Part shown: positions 1 to 12,645 of the stretch, piece after piece
How the letters are laid out: every line of letters starts with the position of its first letter
Numbering within the stretch: position 1 is the first letter of the stretch
NCBI RefSeq assembly: GCF_009914755.1
Contig: NC_060948.1
DNA length: 64,000 nucleotides
Reading direction: 5' to 3' (one strand)
Source: the human T2T-CHM13v2.0 reference genome, Homo sapiens
Notes under the pieces: generated by a model
What the model saw: the letters and a program-made list of their open reading frames with translations, nothing else
What the model was told of the DNA's origin: nothing
Databases searched by the model: none
Position numbers and translations under genes: made by a program

Positions 1-486
1 ACCAATCAGACATAGATTTGGTCTTTTCACATAGTCCCATATTTCTCGGAGGCTTTGCTCATTTCTTTTTATTCTTTTTTCTCTAGACTTCCCTTCTCAC
101 TTCATTTCATTCATTTCATCTTCCATCACTGATACCCTTTCTTCCAGTTGATCGCATCGGCTCCTGAGGCTTCTGCATTCTTCTAGTAGTTCTGGAGCCT
201 TGGTTTTCAGCTCCATCAGCTCATTTAAGCACTTCTCTGGATTGGTTATTCTAGTTATACATTCTTCTAAATTTTTTTCAAAGTTTTCAACTTCTTTGCC
301 TTTGGTTTGAATGTCCTCCCATAGCGCAGAGTAATTTGATCATCTGAAGCCTTCTTCTCTCAGCTCGTCAAAGTCATTCTCCATCCAGCTTTATTCCGTT
401 GCTGGTGAGGAACGGCGTTCCTTTAGAGGAGGAGAGGTGCTCTGCTTTGTAGATTTTCCAGTTTTTCTGTTCTGTTTTTTCCCCAT
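1..486 (-). pseudogene. L1 ORF1p N-terminus, disrupted
   Basis: Reads MGKKQNRKTGKSTKQSTSPPLKERRSSPATE then a premature TAA (codon 32), with further TGA stops at decayed CpGs. Confidence 0.93.
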
Positions 487-1398
487 CTTTGTGGTTTTAT
501 CTACTTTTGGTCTTTGATGATGGTGATGTACAGATGGGTTTTTGGTGTGGATGTCCTTTCTGTTTGTTCGTTTTCCTTCTAACAGACAGGACCCTCAGCT
601 GCAGGTCTGTTAGAGTGCCCTGCAGTGTGATGTGTCAGTGTGCCCCTGCCGAGGGGTGCCTCCCATTTATGGTGCTCGGGGGTCAGGGGTCAGGGACCCA
701 CTTGAGTAGGCAGTCTGCCCATTCTCAGATCTCCAGCTGCGTGCTGGGAGAACCACTGCTCTCTTCAAAGCTCTCAGGCAGGGTCATTTAAGTCTGCAGA
801 AGTTACTGCTGTCTTTTTGTTTGTCTGTGCCCTGCCCCCAGAGGTGGAGCCTACAGAGGCAGGCAGGCCTCCTTGAGCTGTGGTGGGCTCCACCCAATTC
901 GAGCTTCCCGGCTGCTTTGTTTACTAATCAAGCCTGGGCAATGGCAGGCTCCCCTCCCCCAGCCTCGCTGCCGCCTTGCAGTTTGATCTCAGACTGCTGT
1001 GCTAGCAATCAGCGAGACTCTGTGGACGTCGGACCCTCCGAGCCAGGTGCGGGATATAATCCTGTGGTGCACTATGTTTTAAGCCTATTGGAAAAGTGCA
1101 GCATTCTGGTGGGAGTGATCCGATTTTCCATGTGCCCCGGGTCCCTCACCCATTTCTTTGACTCAGAAAGGGAACTCCCTGACCCCTTGCGCTTCCCAAG
1201 TGAGACAATGCCTCTCCCTGCTTCAGCTCGTGCACGGTGCATGCACCCACTGACCCGCACCCACTGTCTGGCACTCCCTAGTGAGATGAACCCGTTACCT
1301 CAGATGGAAATGCAGAAATCACCCTTCTTCTGTGTCACTCACGCTGGGAGCTGTAGACCGGAGCTGTTCCTATTCGGCCATCTTGGCTCCTCCTCCCC
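1..1398 (-). mobile_element. LINE-1 5' portion (5'UTR plus start of ORF1), young L1PA2/L1PA3-type; continues beyond window start
   Basis: The reverse complement of 1361-1398 is the L1 start GGGGAGGAGGAGCCAAGATGGCCGAATAGGAACAGCTC (YY1 site). ORF1 ATG is at 486. The 5'UTR is ~910 bp, i.e. the short form lacking the 129-bp ZNF93 segment. Confidence 0.97.
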
Positions 1399-1480
1399 TC
1401 TGTTCTATTGTGTTTTTGAACCCTTAATATTGGGTGTTGAAAGGGTTGTTTCAGGGTTTGAGGATTCCCTGCATTTTTAG
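941..1480 (+). CDS. L1 antisense ORF0, C-terminally extended (179 aa)
   Basis: ATG at 941 gives MAGSPPPASLPPCSLISDCCASNQRDSVDVGPSEPG, the ORF0 signature. The frame stays open through the L1 5' end into flanking ERV DNA (part of ORF 821..1480). Expression is unknown. Confidence 0.6.
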   Translation: MAGSPPPASLPPCSLISDCCASNQRDSVDVGPSEPGAGYNPVVHYVLSLLEKCSILVGVIRFSMCPGSLTHFFDSERELPDPLRFPSETMPLPASARARCMHPLTRTHCLALPSEMNPLPQMEMQKSPFFCVTHAGSCRPELFLFGHLGSSSPLFYCVFEPLILGVERVVSGFEDSLHF

Positions 1481-1825
1481 GTTATTAATAGTGGCTTCTA
1501 GTCCTTTCCCAGCCTCTGACTTTAGGGGACATTTTCTCTGGTTAGAAAAAGAAGTGGGATCCTTAGGATGAATCCAGACTGGTCTAGGACTGATAGCATG
1601 GCCTATTCTTCCTTGAGTTGTCCACACTTCTGGAATAATATTAATTTCCACCAGGGGAAGACAAAGAGTTTGTCCTGGAGCCATAACAATGCTGGCCCCT
1701 ATGCAAGCTAAAATATATCTTCTTAATAAAGTAATAAGACTTTCAGATAATATTAAGGAGGCATGTATAAATAATATGTCCCCCAACTACAACTAAGCAT
1801 TTGAGAAAAAATATTGTGTTAGAAC

Positions 1826-2013
1826 TTTCTTGAGACACCCATCATGATCATGGGAAGAGGAAAGGCCTGGATTGGATAAAAGAAGACAGAGACTGATTTC
1901 AGTGTCCAGAAGAAGGTCCACCGTCCTTACTTCAACTTTGAGAAACCCCCAGGACTCCTGAGCAGTAAAGGCATATTCAACTGCAGGAGCCAATGTATGA
2001 GCCCTGAGACTCA
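1826..2013. repeat. ~188-bp direct duplication, copy 1 (copy 2 at 3585-3773)
   Basis: TTTCTTGAGACACCCATCATGATCATGGGAAGAGG...GAGCCCTGAGACTCA occurs twice. Confidence 0.95.
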
Positions 2014-3358
2014 TCAGTCCTGCTGAGCCACCTGTGAGAACAGTTCTCAACCATGTAACCTGCATTTCCAGGCGCAGTCCGATCTTCAATGGTCCCCAGG
2101 GCCAATGTGGCTTCTTCTTGATGTCTGGGAAATTCTTTTAAAATTGCTGTGACTTGCCACATTAATAGCAATGAACAGGTGGACCTTGAGGATCCTGGAC
2201 TTTGCAAACCTGAAAAGCAGCCATTAGAACCTTGTCCTTCTCTTTCACTTCCTATCTTTCTTCTGGGCCTCCTCCTGGCCCCTAGTATGAAAGACTAAGG
2301 TGGCCACCCTCAGGAGGTTTTCTAAGCTTTTACCTCATTTCTATATCCTGCTTCTTCAGTTTCTTTCTAGTGTCAGGAGCTGCCTGTGTCATAAACTTTT
2401 TCTTTACGATTAACTGTCCCTCAACTGAATCAGGGAATAAGGAGGTGTGTTTTATTAGTTTCCCTTACAGCCTTTCCATCAAGTCTGAGGAATTATTATC
2501 TGGCTTTTGGTCTACCATGGAAAGTTTAGAATAATTAAGAGATTGAGCCGTAGTTCTAAGCAGGCCCTCTAATATGCACTTTACAAAAGTATTTTCTTTT
2601 CCATTTATCTGTGGGTTCATTTCCTTTACTATTGGGAATGACGATTTTTTCTATTGCTTTGCCTCCTCTGTCTCTTTTTTTCCTTTCTGGCCTACTATAG
2701 GAGACATATTGCTTATCTCTGAATTTCTCTGTTACCTGCAGTGCTGCCTGTTTTTCATCAGTGGTTAGGGTTTTCCTTAGGAGCAGCATAACATCACTTC
2801 ATGTCAGGTCAAACATTTAGTTAAATTTTGGAAAACTTTTATATTCCCTATTGGGGTCATCAGAAAATCAACCCAAGTCTCCCTTTATTTGCCCAAGGTT
2901 CTGCAATGAGAAAAAAACTTGAACTCTATGGGCATCAATTCTGTTGGTCATTTTCTGTAGGTGTAAGAGCAAAGCTGAGATAGTGGAAAATTTTGGAGAT
3001 GTTGTACCAAAATGTGTTGATGGAGTTGTTGGTGGGTGCCCTAAATAAGGGGGACAAAAAGAGCCAGGACACCCAATAGCTGTCTCAGATGATTCCCACA
3101 AAATTTATTTCTTAAGTGTTGGGGAACTATTCCCTTTGAGGCTTCCCTTTAAAGACTGCTAAGAGAACTGGGTTGATTGTGCAACACTTACGTGGTTCTG
3201 GGCTTTCTCATAGGGCAAAGAAAGCCTGTACATAGAGAAACTGAGATCATTTGTTCTCCCCTCTACATAAAAGATCTGATTGTTGGATAATATTAAAATC
3301 AAGCCTTCCTTCAAAAGATGAGATCCATTCAATATAGTAAGAAGACCACATTCTTATG

Positions 3359-3361
<3 letters not shown>

Positions 3362-3423
<62 letters not shown>
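3362..3423. repeat. (AT)n microsatellite, ~31 units
   Basis: Perfect AT dinucleotide run. Confidence 0.99.
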
Positions 3424-3425
<2 letters not shown>

Positions 3426-3584
3426 TGCTTTTTCTTCAAAGTCTCAGGGTCAAAGGAGTACCAGTGCTTCAGAAAGCACTTCAAGCAGGCTGAAGACAGA
3501 TAGAGAGATAGGGGAACAAGGATTAATTCAGCCCCATCCTTCCTTCGGAATGACCCATGGTGGAAATTTCCTACCTACTGGGAG

Positions 3585-3773
3585 TTTCTTGAGACACCCA
3601 TCATGATCATGGGAAGAGGAAAGGCCTGGATTGGATAAAAGAAGACAGAGACTGATTTCAGTGTCCAGAAGAAGGTCCACCCTCCTTACTTCAACTTTGA
3701 GAAACCCCTAGGACTCCTGAGCAGTAATGGTAGTTTCAACAGCAGGAGCCAGTGGTTTGAGCCCTGAGACTCA
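3585..3773. repeat. ~188-bp direct duplication, copy 2
   Basis: Matches 1826-2013. Confidence 0.95.
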
Positions 3774-4958
3774 AATGGGAGTTTCGTACATACTGTTTTC
3801 CCTCCCTGGTTTCTTGGACTCCAACATCTGTTAAAATTGCAGCCTATGGATTTAGCCATGACTCTAATCCAAGGATCTGGAAAAGCTAGGTGGTGATAAT
3901 AGTCGTGCTTACCCACAGAGAACCTGAGAACCTTAGTCATCTGCTGGTGATTTCTGTTTGACTTCCTAGATTTGTATCATCTGTGTGGCTTCACAATAGA
4001 TGTATTTTGGAAATAATATGTATCCTTTGCACTTGATCAAGGCCCCTTAACAGATGAAGTGTACTGGGTTGAGCTCTATATTCTGCTGTTATGTCCCAGA
4101 CTACAGTATGCATTCTTAAGCAGTGGTTTTGGTTAACCTCTAGACCTACAATCCTTTACTATTTAAGTACCATTCTAATTGAGAGGCAAAATAGGTGTCT
4201 TAAAACAACACAGGGACTGAATGGCTGTTTTCTTGCTGATGTGATAATATTGGGTTAAAATTTGCTTTCAGAGGATATTTTCCTCCTCATTATTGAGTTT
4301 TCCCATTCACAGAAGTGGCATGAAGGCTGATCTCTAGTAGAGACACACAAAATGGAAGGAGAATTGGGGCACTAGAGGTTTTCGGCAAAAAACCAATAAG
4401 GTTCCTCATGGAGAGACTTTTCATTCCACTAAGTGGCCCTGTAGACCTTGAAATACCAGGCAGTAACTTTATTTCCATGTGTTCTCCAGACAAAAGGTAA
4501 AAAGAGGAGGATGTTCACTGGGTGTAAAATCTTCTGTTTCTAGAAAAATCACAAAAAATTCTATTCCTTGAGTTACGTTTCCACTTACTATGGCACTTGA
4601 TGATCCTGCTTATTTCCCTGAGCTGTAAGAACTCAAAAAACATTGCATATGAAGAGGTGTTAGAAAACATAATGACCATAAAAGGAAAGAAGAAAATTGC
4701 GATAAAAAAAAAGTTTGAAGATCATGTTGTTGACAATCAATGGGCTACTGGGCACTGGAGTTAGTGCAGAAGGCTTCAGGTAACAATGGGGTATGACCTC
4801 AGCCAGAGACCTTCAGTTGCCTCAGGAGCTCTTCCAGCCCCATGGAATGGCTTTGCTCTCTGTGAAAGGAAACTAGCTGGTAACAGAGCCAACATTCTCA
4901 GCATCCTAAGGGCCCTGGGGGATTAGCTAAATGCTCTGAGGCAGATAAGCCTCCACAA

Positions 4959-5670
<712 letters not shown>

Positions 5671-6005
5671 CTATGTACTTTATTTATTAATTTATTAACT
5701 ATTTCTGAGTGCTTATCCTGAGTGCCCAACAGACATGTAGGGTAAGCACCTAAACCTGGGCAGTAAATTACATACCTTATATTTCTCTCTCCCACAACCA
5801 CATCTTGAGTCTTTTAATCAGTGTGTTAAGATTCAGTAACCTACTAGACAAACCAGTTTCTAAATATATTAAAAGTAAAGAGAAAGTAACAGAGAATTAC
5901 ATTTTCTCTCAACAAAGCCATGCTTGCAATCCTATTGTTTCACTGCAGATGAAAATGTCCTATTTCAAGTGTCAGAAGCTGAATATTAATTTTTTCCATT
6001 TATAG

Positions 6006-6242
6006 GTACAGTCTTGTTGCTGTGACAATCCTAATGCCCTCTGCAGTAGACAGATGACTTGGGCTAACTAGCAACATTAAGTACGAGAAGGAAAAGGAGA
6101 AAAGTGCTTTTATATGCTTCAAAAATATTATTCCAAATATAGATACCTCTTCTGTTATATGAGAGCAGAGAGAACATTGCACAGCTCCTCTCCTGGCTTG
6201 GAAGGTCAACATTACAATATTACTTTATTCCACAGTCCTGAG
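6006..6242 (+). pseudogene. Candidate decayed exon (237 nt, phase 0/0) of an unidentified unprocessed pseudogene
   Basis: Polypyrimidine tract plus AG acceptor (tttttccatttatag|G) and GAG|gtatt donor. Exactly 79 codons, VQSCCCDNPN...GLEGQHYNITLFHSPE, with two internal stops (TAG, TAA). Confidence 0.35.
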
Positions 6243-6589
6243 GTATTAATCTAAAATTATACCTCATGATCAAATTAATGTGTAGTTCTAATTAATATGT
6301 GTTAAGGAAGAGTATAATGCCTGAGTAACAGAGCCACTTATATTATGTTATTTAAAAATAGAACACCCACATCTTGACAGTGCTTTGCCTTCAAATAAGA
6401 CAACCAGTTTTATTTGTGGCAGTTGTAATTTAAAAGTGTGTTTTGAGGCCTGGGCACACCATGGAGAACAGATCTGTCAACAGTTTCTTAACATGAAATA
6501 AACACAGATTTACAAATTATTTTGTTATGGAGAATAATACAAGGAGGACACAATTTACATGAGAGCTCAGGAATTCCCTTTTGGGAAAA

Positions 6590-6850
6590 GTGGCATTTGA
6601 TCACATACCTGAAGACTTAGTAGAATTAGGACTGGGAAAAATGGGGCAAGATGTTCCACAATCAGAGGAAATAAATATTGTACCATCCTGTAATAAAACA
6701 ATGGTCAGTGAGGCAATAATAAAATTAAAGTTAAAAGGCAGGCAGGGGGTCTCATGATGCTGACCCATGTGAGCCAAGGAGTAGGGTTTGGATTTTATTC
6801 TAATGCAGCACAAAACTGCTGAAGGATTTTAAGTATAAAAGCAACATGAA
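6590..6850 (-). mobile_element. LINE-2 fragment
   Basis: The motif tttggattttattctaatgcagc...gaaggattttaag is typical of antisense L2. Confidence 0.55.
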
Positions 6851-7330
6851 TACTCTTCTCCGTACATTTTTGCCTGTCTTTCAGATAGTATCTTTAGGAT
6901 AGGTTTTTAATCATAGACTTATGTTGTCAATGACATAGATTTTTGTAAGCCTCTTGGTATGTATTTTGAAAGATTTAATATCCATCCAGTTTCCTAACAA
7001 CAGTGTATAAGAGTGTTCATTTTGCTTTCAACAGCATTATCACTAGAAAAGTATTCTGTCATTTGGGAAAAAACAATGTTATACTATTTTAATGCATCAT
7101 TTTACTAGTAAATTTGAATATTTGTCAGTGTTTATTAATATTTTATATTTCTTCTTTTTGTAAATTATCCATGGCTTTCTTCTTTTTTGGGGGGAGAAAT
7201 ATTGACATTTATTTTTCTGATGTGAGATCTTTTTTTACATTTGAAGACTAGTACCCTAGTTCTTATTTCTTACATATATATTTTCTAGTTTGTTAATATT
7301 TTATTTTTAGTTATACAGTTTTTCTTACTT
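6850..7330 (-). mobile_element. Ancient L1M fragment; part duplicated at 7776-8030
   Basis: aacagtgtataagagtgttcattt...cttctttttgtaaatt resembles L1M 3' ORF2. Confidence 0.55.
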
Positions 7331-8314
7331 TACAAAGGTAACTACTTAATAAAAACCATTATCCACATTTAAAAATGCCATTACTATTACTTTAGAGAAA
7401 AGGTTATGTGTTTTTGAGTTCCCCTAAATGTGATACCAAGTCTCACTGAAATTAATCTGTTCATTTCATTCATTCACGTTAGTAATCATACCACAATATA
7501 ACACTTACTGTTCACTAAATTTTTTATATGATGTGCTGTTTATCTGCATTCCTGGGGCTTTTCCTTAGCTATTCTATACTGCCTCTTTTCCCTTACTATC
7601 TTAGACCCTTGCCTGTCTTCACAATCTACTAGATAAAACCATGTTATGACTTAGGGTATATGAAAATAACTACTTTGGTCTTCTGGACTGTCTCCCATCA
7701 AACTATTGGCCCCCAGGTGCACACCCTCATATTTATTCAGGTGAGGGACAAATGAAATATATCAAATTGTTTTAAAAGCCTCTTGGTATGCATTTCAAAA
7801 GAGTTAATATCAATCCAATTTCCTACCAGCATTGTATAAGAGTGTTCATTTTTCTAACCCTCAATAGCATTATTATTGGAAAAGAACTCTGACATTTGAA
7901 GAAAAGCAATGTTATGTCACTTTAAAGTGTATTTTTTATTACTAATAAATTTGAGTATTTATTAATTGTTCATATTTCTTCTTTTGTAAATTATCAATAG
8001 CCAGCCTTTGTGTTTTATGTGGGGAGGGACACTGGTACTTATCTTGCTTGATAAATACAATCTCATTTGGAAAATAGATCAAAGGGTCATTCTAGGCAAA
8101 ATCAATAAGGAATTCAGGATAAGTTATTAAATGTTCTTTAGGTTGAGAGATGGCATCTGGGTATAATATGTGAAATGTTGTCAAAAATGTATAATTGGGG
8201 AGAAATGTAGAGTTACACAGCCATTTCTTTCCTAAAATGTAAGCTTCCTTTTATACAGATATGATGATGTCTTACAGGAGTGGCTGCTGTAAAATATAGA
8301 GAACCATGCAGTTC

Positions 8315-8410
8315 TCTGTTTTACAGATGAAGTAACAGATTTTTAAAGTTAATTAACTGAAAGTTCTTAATTGTTGGAACTCCTGGACCAACATTCAAAG
8401 CAGGTATGGC
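8315..8410. mobile_element. MIR fragment
   Basis: ctgttttacagatgaagtaacaga is the MIR core motif. Confidence 0.5.
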
Positions 8411-8734
8411 TTTCTTTTCTTCTGAAATTCTTTAACCGTTCTACTTAATTTTAATAAAGTGTGTTTATTTTTAAAATAAATTAAAATTATTTTGTGATGT
8501 TCTTTGAGATAACATTTTTTCAGGATCTGTCAGAATGAGGTCTGTGAATGATTTAAACTATTATATTTATGTGATTGGTGTTTATCATAGATAAACATTC
8601 CATTTCTAAATTCTAACTTAGTCTTAGAGACTTGCTATAAAAAGATATTGATAAATTGGATCATAATCCCAAAATTTCAACAAATCTCTATCTAATGATT
8701 TTCAGGTGGTGGGCATGTGCCAAAAAGCTCAATA

Positions 8735-8880
8735 GATACCTGAAACCTGGGATAGTACTTATTTACACTGTTTTCTCCTACACAACCTACAAACATGCCT
8801 ATAATAAAGTTTAATTTATAAGTGAGGCACAATGAGAGATTAGTAACACTAACAATAAAATAAAACTATACTGTACTGTA
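8735..8880. mobile_element. MER44/Tigger7-like DNA transposon fragment
   Basis: gatacctgaaacctgggatagtac...cctataataaagtttaatttataagtgaggcacaatgagagatta. Confidence 0.6.
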
Positions 8881-9215
8881 GTGTGGCCACTGGCACCTGA
8901 AACCAGTTTTAAATTCCTAGTCCAAGAGATGAGAGGACTCTGCTGACTGATTTTCTTTGACTCCCAGTAGGAAATGGTCACTAGGAAAAACAGGTGAATA
9001 TTATAAATGTATGCTGATTTTTGAGCCATTCTTAAACCATGGTTTAAAAAAATCATCACTAATTTGTTCTAGGATTACTCTCCATAAAAGATAACCTACC
9101 TTTCCTCATGCAAGTCTGCAGTGTTTTTGCCATGTTGATGATGAGTAGTCCTGTTCTCTTCCCAGTCCTGTTTTCACAGAGGTGAAAGGAGGAACTTAAT
9201 GTATCCCTATTGTAA

Positions 9216-9519
<304 letters not shown>

Positions 9520-9930
9520 AAAGCAAGTTTATTGGGAATGTAAAGGAATGTAAAAATGGCTACTCCATAGACAAAGCAGATCCAATGGCTGCTGGTTGCC
9601 CATTTTTTATGGTTATTTCTTGATTATATGCTAAACAAGGGGTGGATTATGTATGCCTCTGCTTTATAAGCCATATAGGAAAACAGCCTGATGTTTCCAT
9701 GGCATCTGTTAACTGTCATGGTGGTGGTTGGAGTTTAGCAATGAGGACAAACAGAAATCACTCCCATGGCTGTCTTGGTTCTGGTAAGATTTAGCCACCT
9801 TCTTTACTGCAACCTGTTTTATCAGCAAGGTCTTTATGACCAGTACTTTGTTCTGAATTCCTCTTTCATCTGTGACATAGAATGCCTTTATAATATGGAA
9901 ATGCAGCCTAGTAGGTCTCAGCCTCATTTT

Positions 9931-10803
9931 TTTTTTTAATGTTTTTTTTTTTGTTATTATACTCTAAGTTTTAGGGTACATGTGCACATTGTGCAGGTTA
10001 GTTACATATGTATACATGTGCCATGCTGGTGCGCTGCACCCACTAACGTGTCATCTAGCATTAGGTATATCTCCCAATGCTATCCCTCCCCCCTCCCCCG
10101 ACCCCACCACAGTCCCCAGAGTGTGATATTCCCCTTCCTGTGTCCATGTGATCTCATTGTTCAATTCCCACCTATGAGTGAGAATATGCAGTGTTTGGTT
10201 TTTTGTTCTTGCGATAGTTTACTGAGAATGATGGTTTCCAATTTCATCCATGTCCCTACAAAGGACATGAACTCATCATTTTTTATGGCTGCATAGTATT
10301 CCATGGTGTATATGTGCCACATTTTCTTAATCCAGTCTATCATTGTTGGACATTTGGGTTGGTTCCAAGTCTTTGCTATTGTGAATAGTGCCGCAATAAA
10401 CATACGTGTGCATGTGTCTTTATAGCAGCACGATTTATAGTCCTTTGGGTATATACCCAGTAATGGGATGGCTGGGTCAAATGGTATTTCTAGTTCTAGA
10501 TCCCTGAGGAATCGCCACACTGACTTCCACAATGGTTGAACTAGTTTACAGTCCCACCAACAGTGTAAAAGTGTTCCTATTTCTCCACATCCTCTCCAGC
10601 ACCTGTTGTTTCCTGACTTTTTAATGATTGCCATTCTAACTGGTGTGAGATCATATCTCATAGTGGTTTTGATTTGCATTTCTCTGATGGCCAGTGATGA
10701 TGAGCATTTCTTCATGTGTTTTTTGGCTGCATAAATGTCTTCTTTTGAGAAGTGTCTGTTCATGTCCTTCGCCCACTTTTTGATGGAGTTGTTTGTTTTT
10801 TTC
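9931..10803 (-). mobile_element. 5'-truncated L1Hs, pre-Ta (ACG/G) type
   Basis: The 3'UTR reads GATGAC-ACG-TTAGTGGG and AAAACTTAGAGTATAAT. The ORF2 C-terminus is open (ORF 10161..10811). Poly(A) tail present, with a 13-bp TSD TCAGCCTCATTTT at 9918-9930 and 10802-10814. Confidence 0.93.
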
Positions 10804-11831
10804 AGCCTCATTTTACTGAGCTCCTATTCTAGATGAATATGCTCTTGTTCACAGGCCTCTCACAGTATCTTTCTTTTTGATGATAGGATTTAAATGATGG
10901 TAGAATAACCTAAACAAAAGCATTCACACTTCTTAGACTTTCATATTCTGACTCCATGAGCATGGGGCAGGCACCAGGTTTACCCAGGGCTGAGTGGCAG
11001 CTGGCACCTGACAATGACCCTATCATACGTCAGGCTTATTATCAGCTCCTGGCTGCACCATGCTTGCACCTACGCAGCTTTAACATGTGTGACGTGCATG
11101 TGTGGAGACAGAGAAATATGCTGAAACAAATTTTAGATACAGGCAGGAAGGACAGTAGGTGGGGAAGGTCAGAGAAGCATGCACAGCTGGAGCAAAGGCT
11201 GCCACCAGCTGGCTCATGGCATACAAGTCTGGCCTCCAGCTCTGGAGCCCCTCATGGACTGCCTGGTTCAGGTGCCACTTTCCTGCCCAGTCACCAGCCA
11301 CAGGCACCTTTATTGATGAAATAAACTCTGTGGGTGAGTGGTCTTTGGTGGAGATCCAGTGGGGACTGTTGCCAACCCTTGCAACATTGCCATGTGAGTG
11401 TCTGTTGAGGCCTCCCTTGAACCCAATTTTCCTAACAGTGTTGCCCAACTTCCTGCCACTCCAGTACCAGAGGCACAGGTGCCACAGGGAGACACAGAAA
11501 GTGTGGGTGATGGGGTCCCACACCCTGCAGGCCATCACCCTGCATGTAGCACCTGGCACTCAACCTTCTTGCCTCCCTCACCCAGGCACCATCCTTCTGT
11601 TCTCTGAGATGGAGTATTACAAGCAAGCCTGGATCCTTTGGAGCCAAGCTGTTCATGGTGTCAGGGCAAGGGAAGCTGAAAAGGAAGAAGGAGACCAGCA
11701 AGGAGAAGAAAGAGATGGCCTAAGCATGCCCCCACTCACACCCATTGCCCACCAAAAGCCCAATGGGATCTTGCCAGAGGAAAGAAGGTAGTACCCTGGG
11801 GGCAGCAGGTGGTGGAGAAGTTGCTGGAGCA

Positions 11832-12631
11832 TGTCTAAGAGTCAAACTTTCTAAAATTCTTGAAAAGATTTATTCTGAGTCAAATATGAATGAGCATGGC
11901 CTATGACACGGCCCTCAGGGGGTCCTGAGAACATGTACCCAGGATGTTTGGTGCAGTTTGGTTTTATTCATTTTAGAGGCATGAGACACCAAACAAATAT
12001 ATTTAAGAAATACATTTGTTTTGTTCAGAAAGTCAGGACAACTCAAAGCAGGGTTCAGGGAGATGCTTCCAGATTGTAGGTAAATTTACATATTTTCTGG
12101 TTGGCAATTTGTAGAGTTTATCTAAAGACCTGAGAACAGAAGAAAGAAAATGTTCAGATAAGATAAAAGGTTTTGGAAACCAAGGTTCTTTTGAAGTCTT
12201 ATAGTTGCTGCTCTGAGTGACAATATAAGGCAAATGTTTCCTATACAGATCTTTAAAAGGTGCTAGACCCTTAGTCTCTTAGTCTCTTTAGGATTGAGGG
12301 AGACTGGAAGAAAAATATCTAGTGATGTTAACAGAGATTAATTACAAATGCAAATTTTTCCCCACAAAGAACAGCATTGTAGGGCCATTTCAAGATATGG
12401 TGGAGAAACATCTTTGGGGTAAAATATATATATATATATATTTCTTTGTCACAAAATGTTTTGCCAAAGTCATATTGGAAAGTAAGTTACAATATGTTTG
12501 GTTAAATAAAATCTATCTCATGAAAATTTATAATTTTTAGGTCAAAACTCTCCAGACCTCTTATATAGGAATTTGGGCAAGATAAAAAACAAACAAACAA
12601 ACAAAAAAAAACAGAATATGTTGCAGTCTCA
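11832..12631 (-). mobile_element. MER4 (MER4E-like) solo LTR
   Basis: aagagtcaaact...gatttattctgagtcaaatatg...ggaatttgggcaagataaaaa matches antisense MER4E. Confidence 0.85.
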
Positions 12632-12645
12632 CCAATGTACTTTAA

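Larger units (their letters stand above)
1399..4958 (-). mobile_element. ERV1 internal region (leader-gag-pro-5' pol), HUERS-P/MER52-int-like, degenerate
   Basis: Minus-strand peptides MLLLRKTLTTDEKQAALQVTEKF (gag CA), VDLLLDT (protease) and INIIPEVWTTQGRIGHA (pro/RT junction). A weak tRNA-Pro-like PBS lies at ~4938-4955, next to the LTR. Confidence 0.85.

Noticed and set aside
8255-8335. AG/GT-bounded exon-like segment
   Set aside because: It overlaps a MIR core and has no coherent reading frame.
5748-8790. Short similarity between ~5748-5800 and ~8738-8790
   Set aside because: Too short and too diverged to support a duplication by eye.
9600-9700. MER41 as an interferon-inducible STAT1 enhancer
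   Set aside because: This copy is MER41A-type and lacks the tandem GAS motifs.
11080-11559. GKWHL sulfatase-like motif in a minus-strand ORF
   Set aside because: It is an isolated pentapeptide with no CxPxR motif or other sulfatase context.
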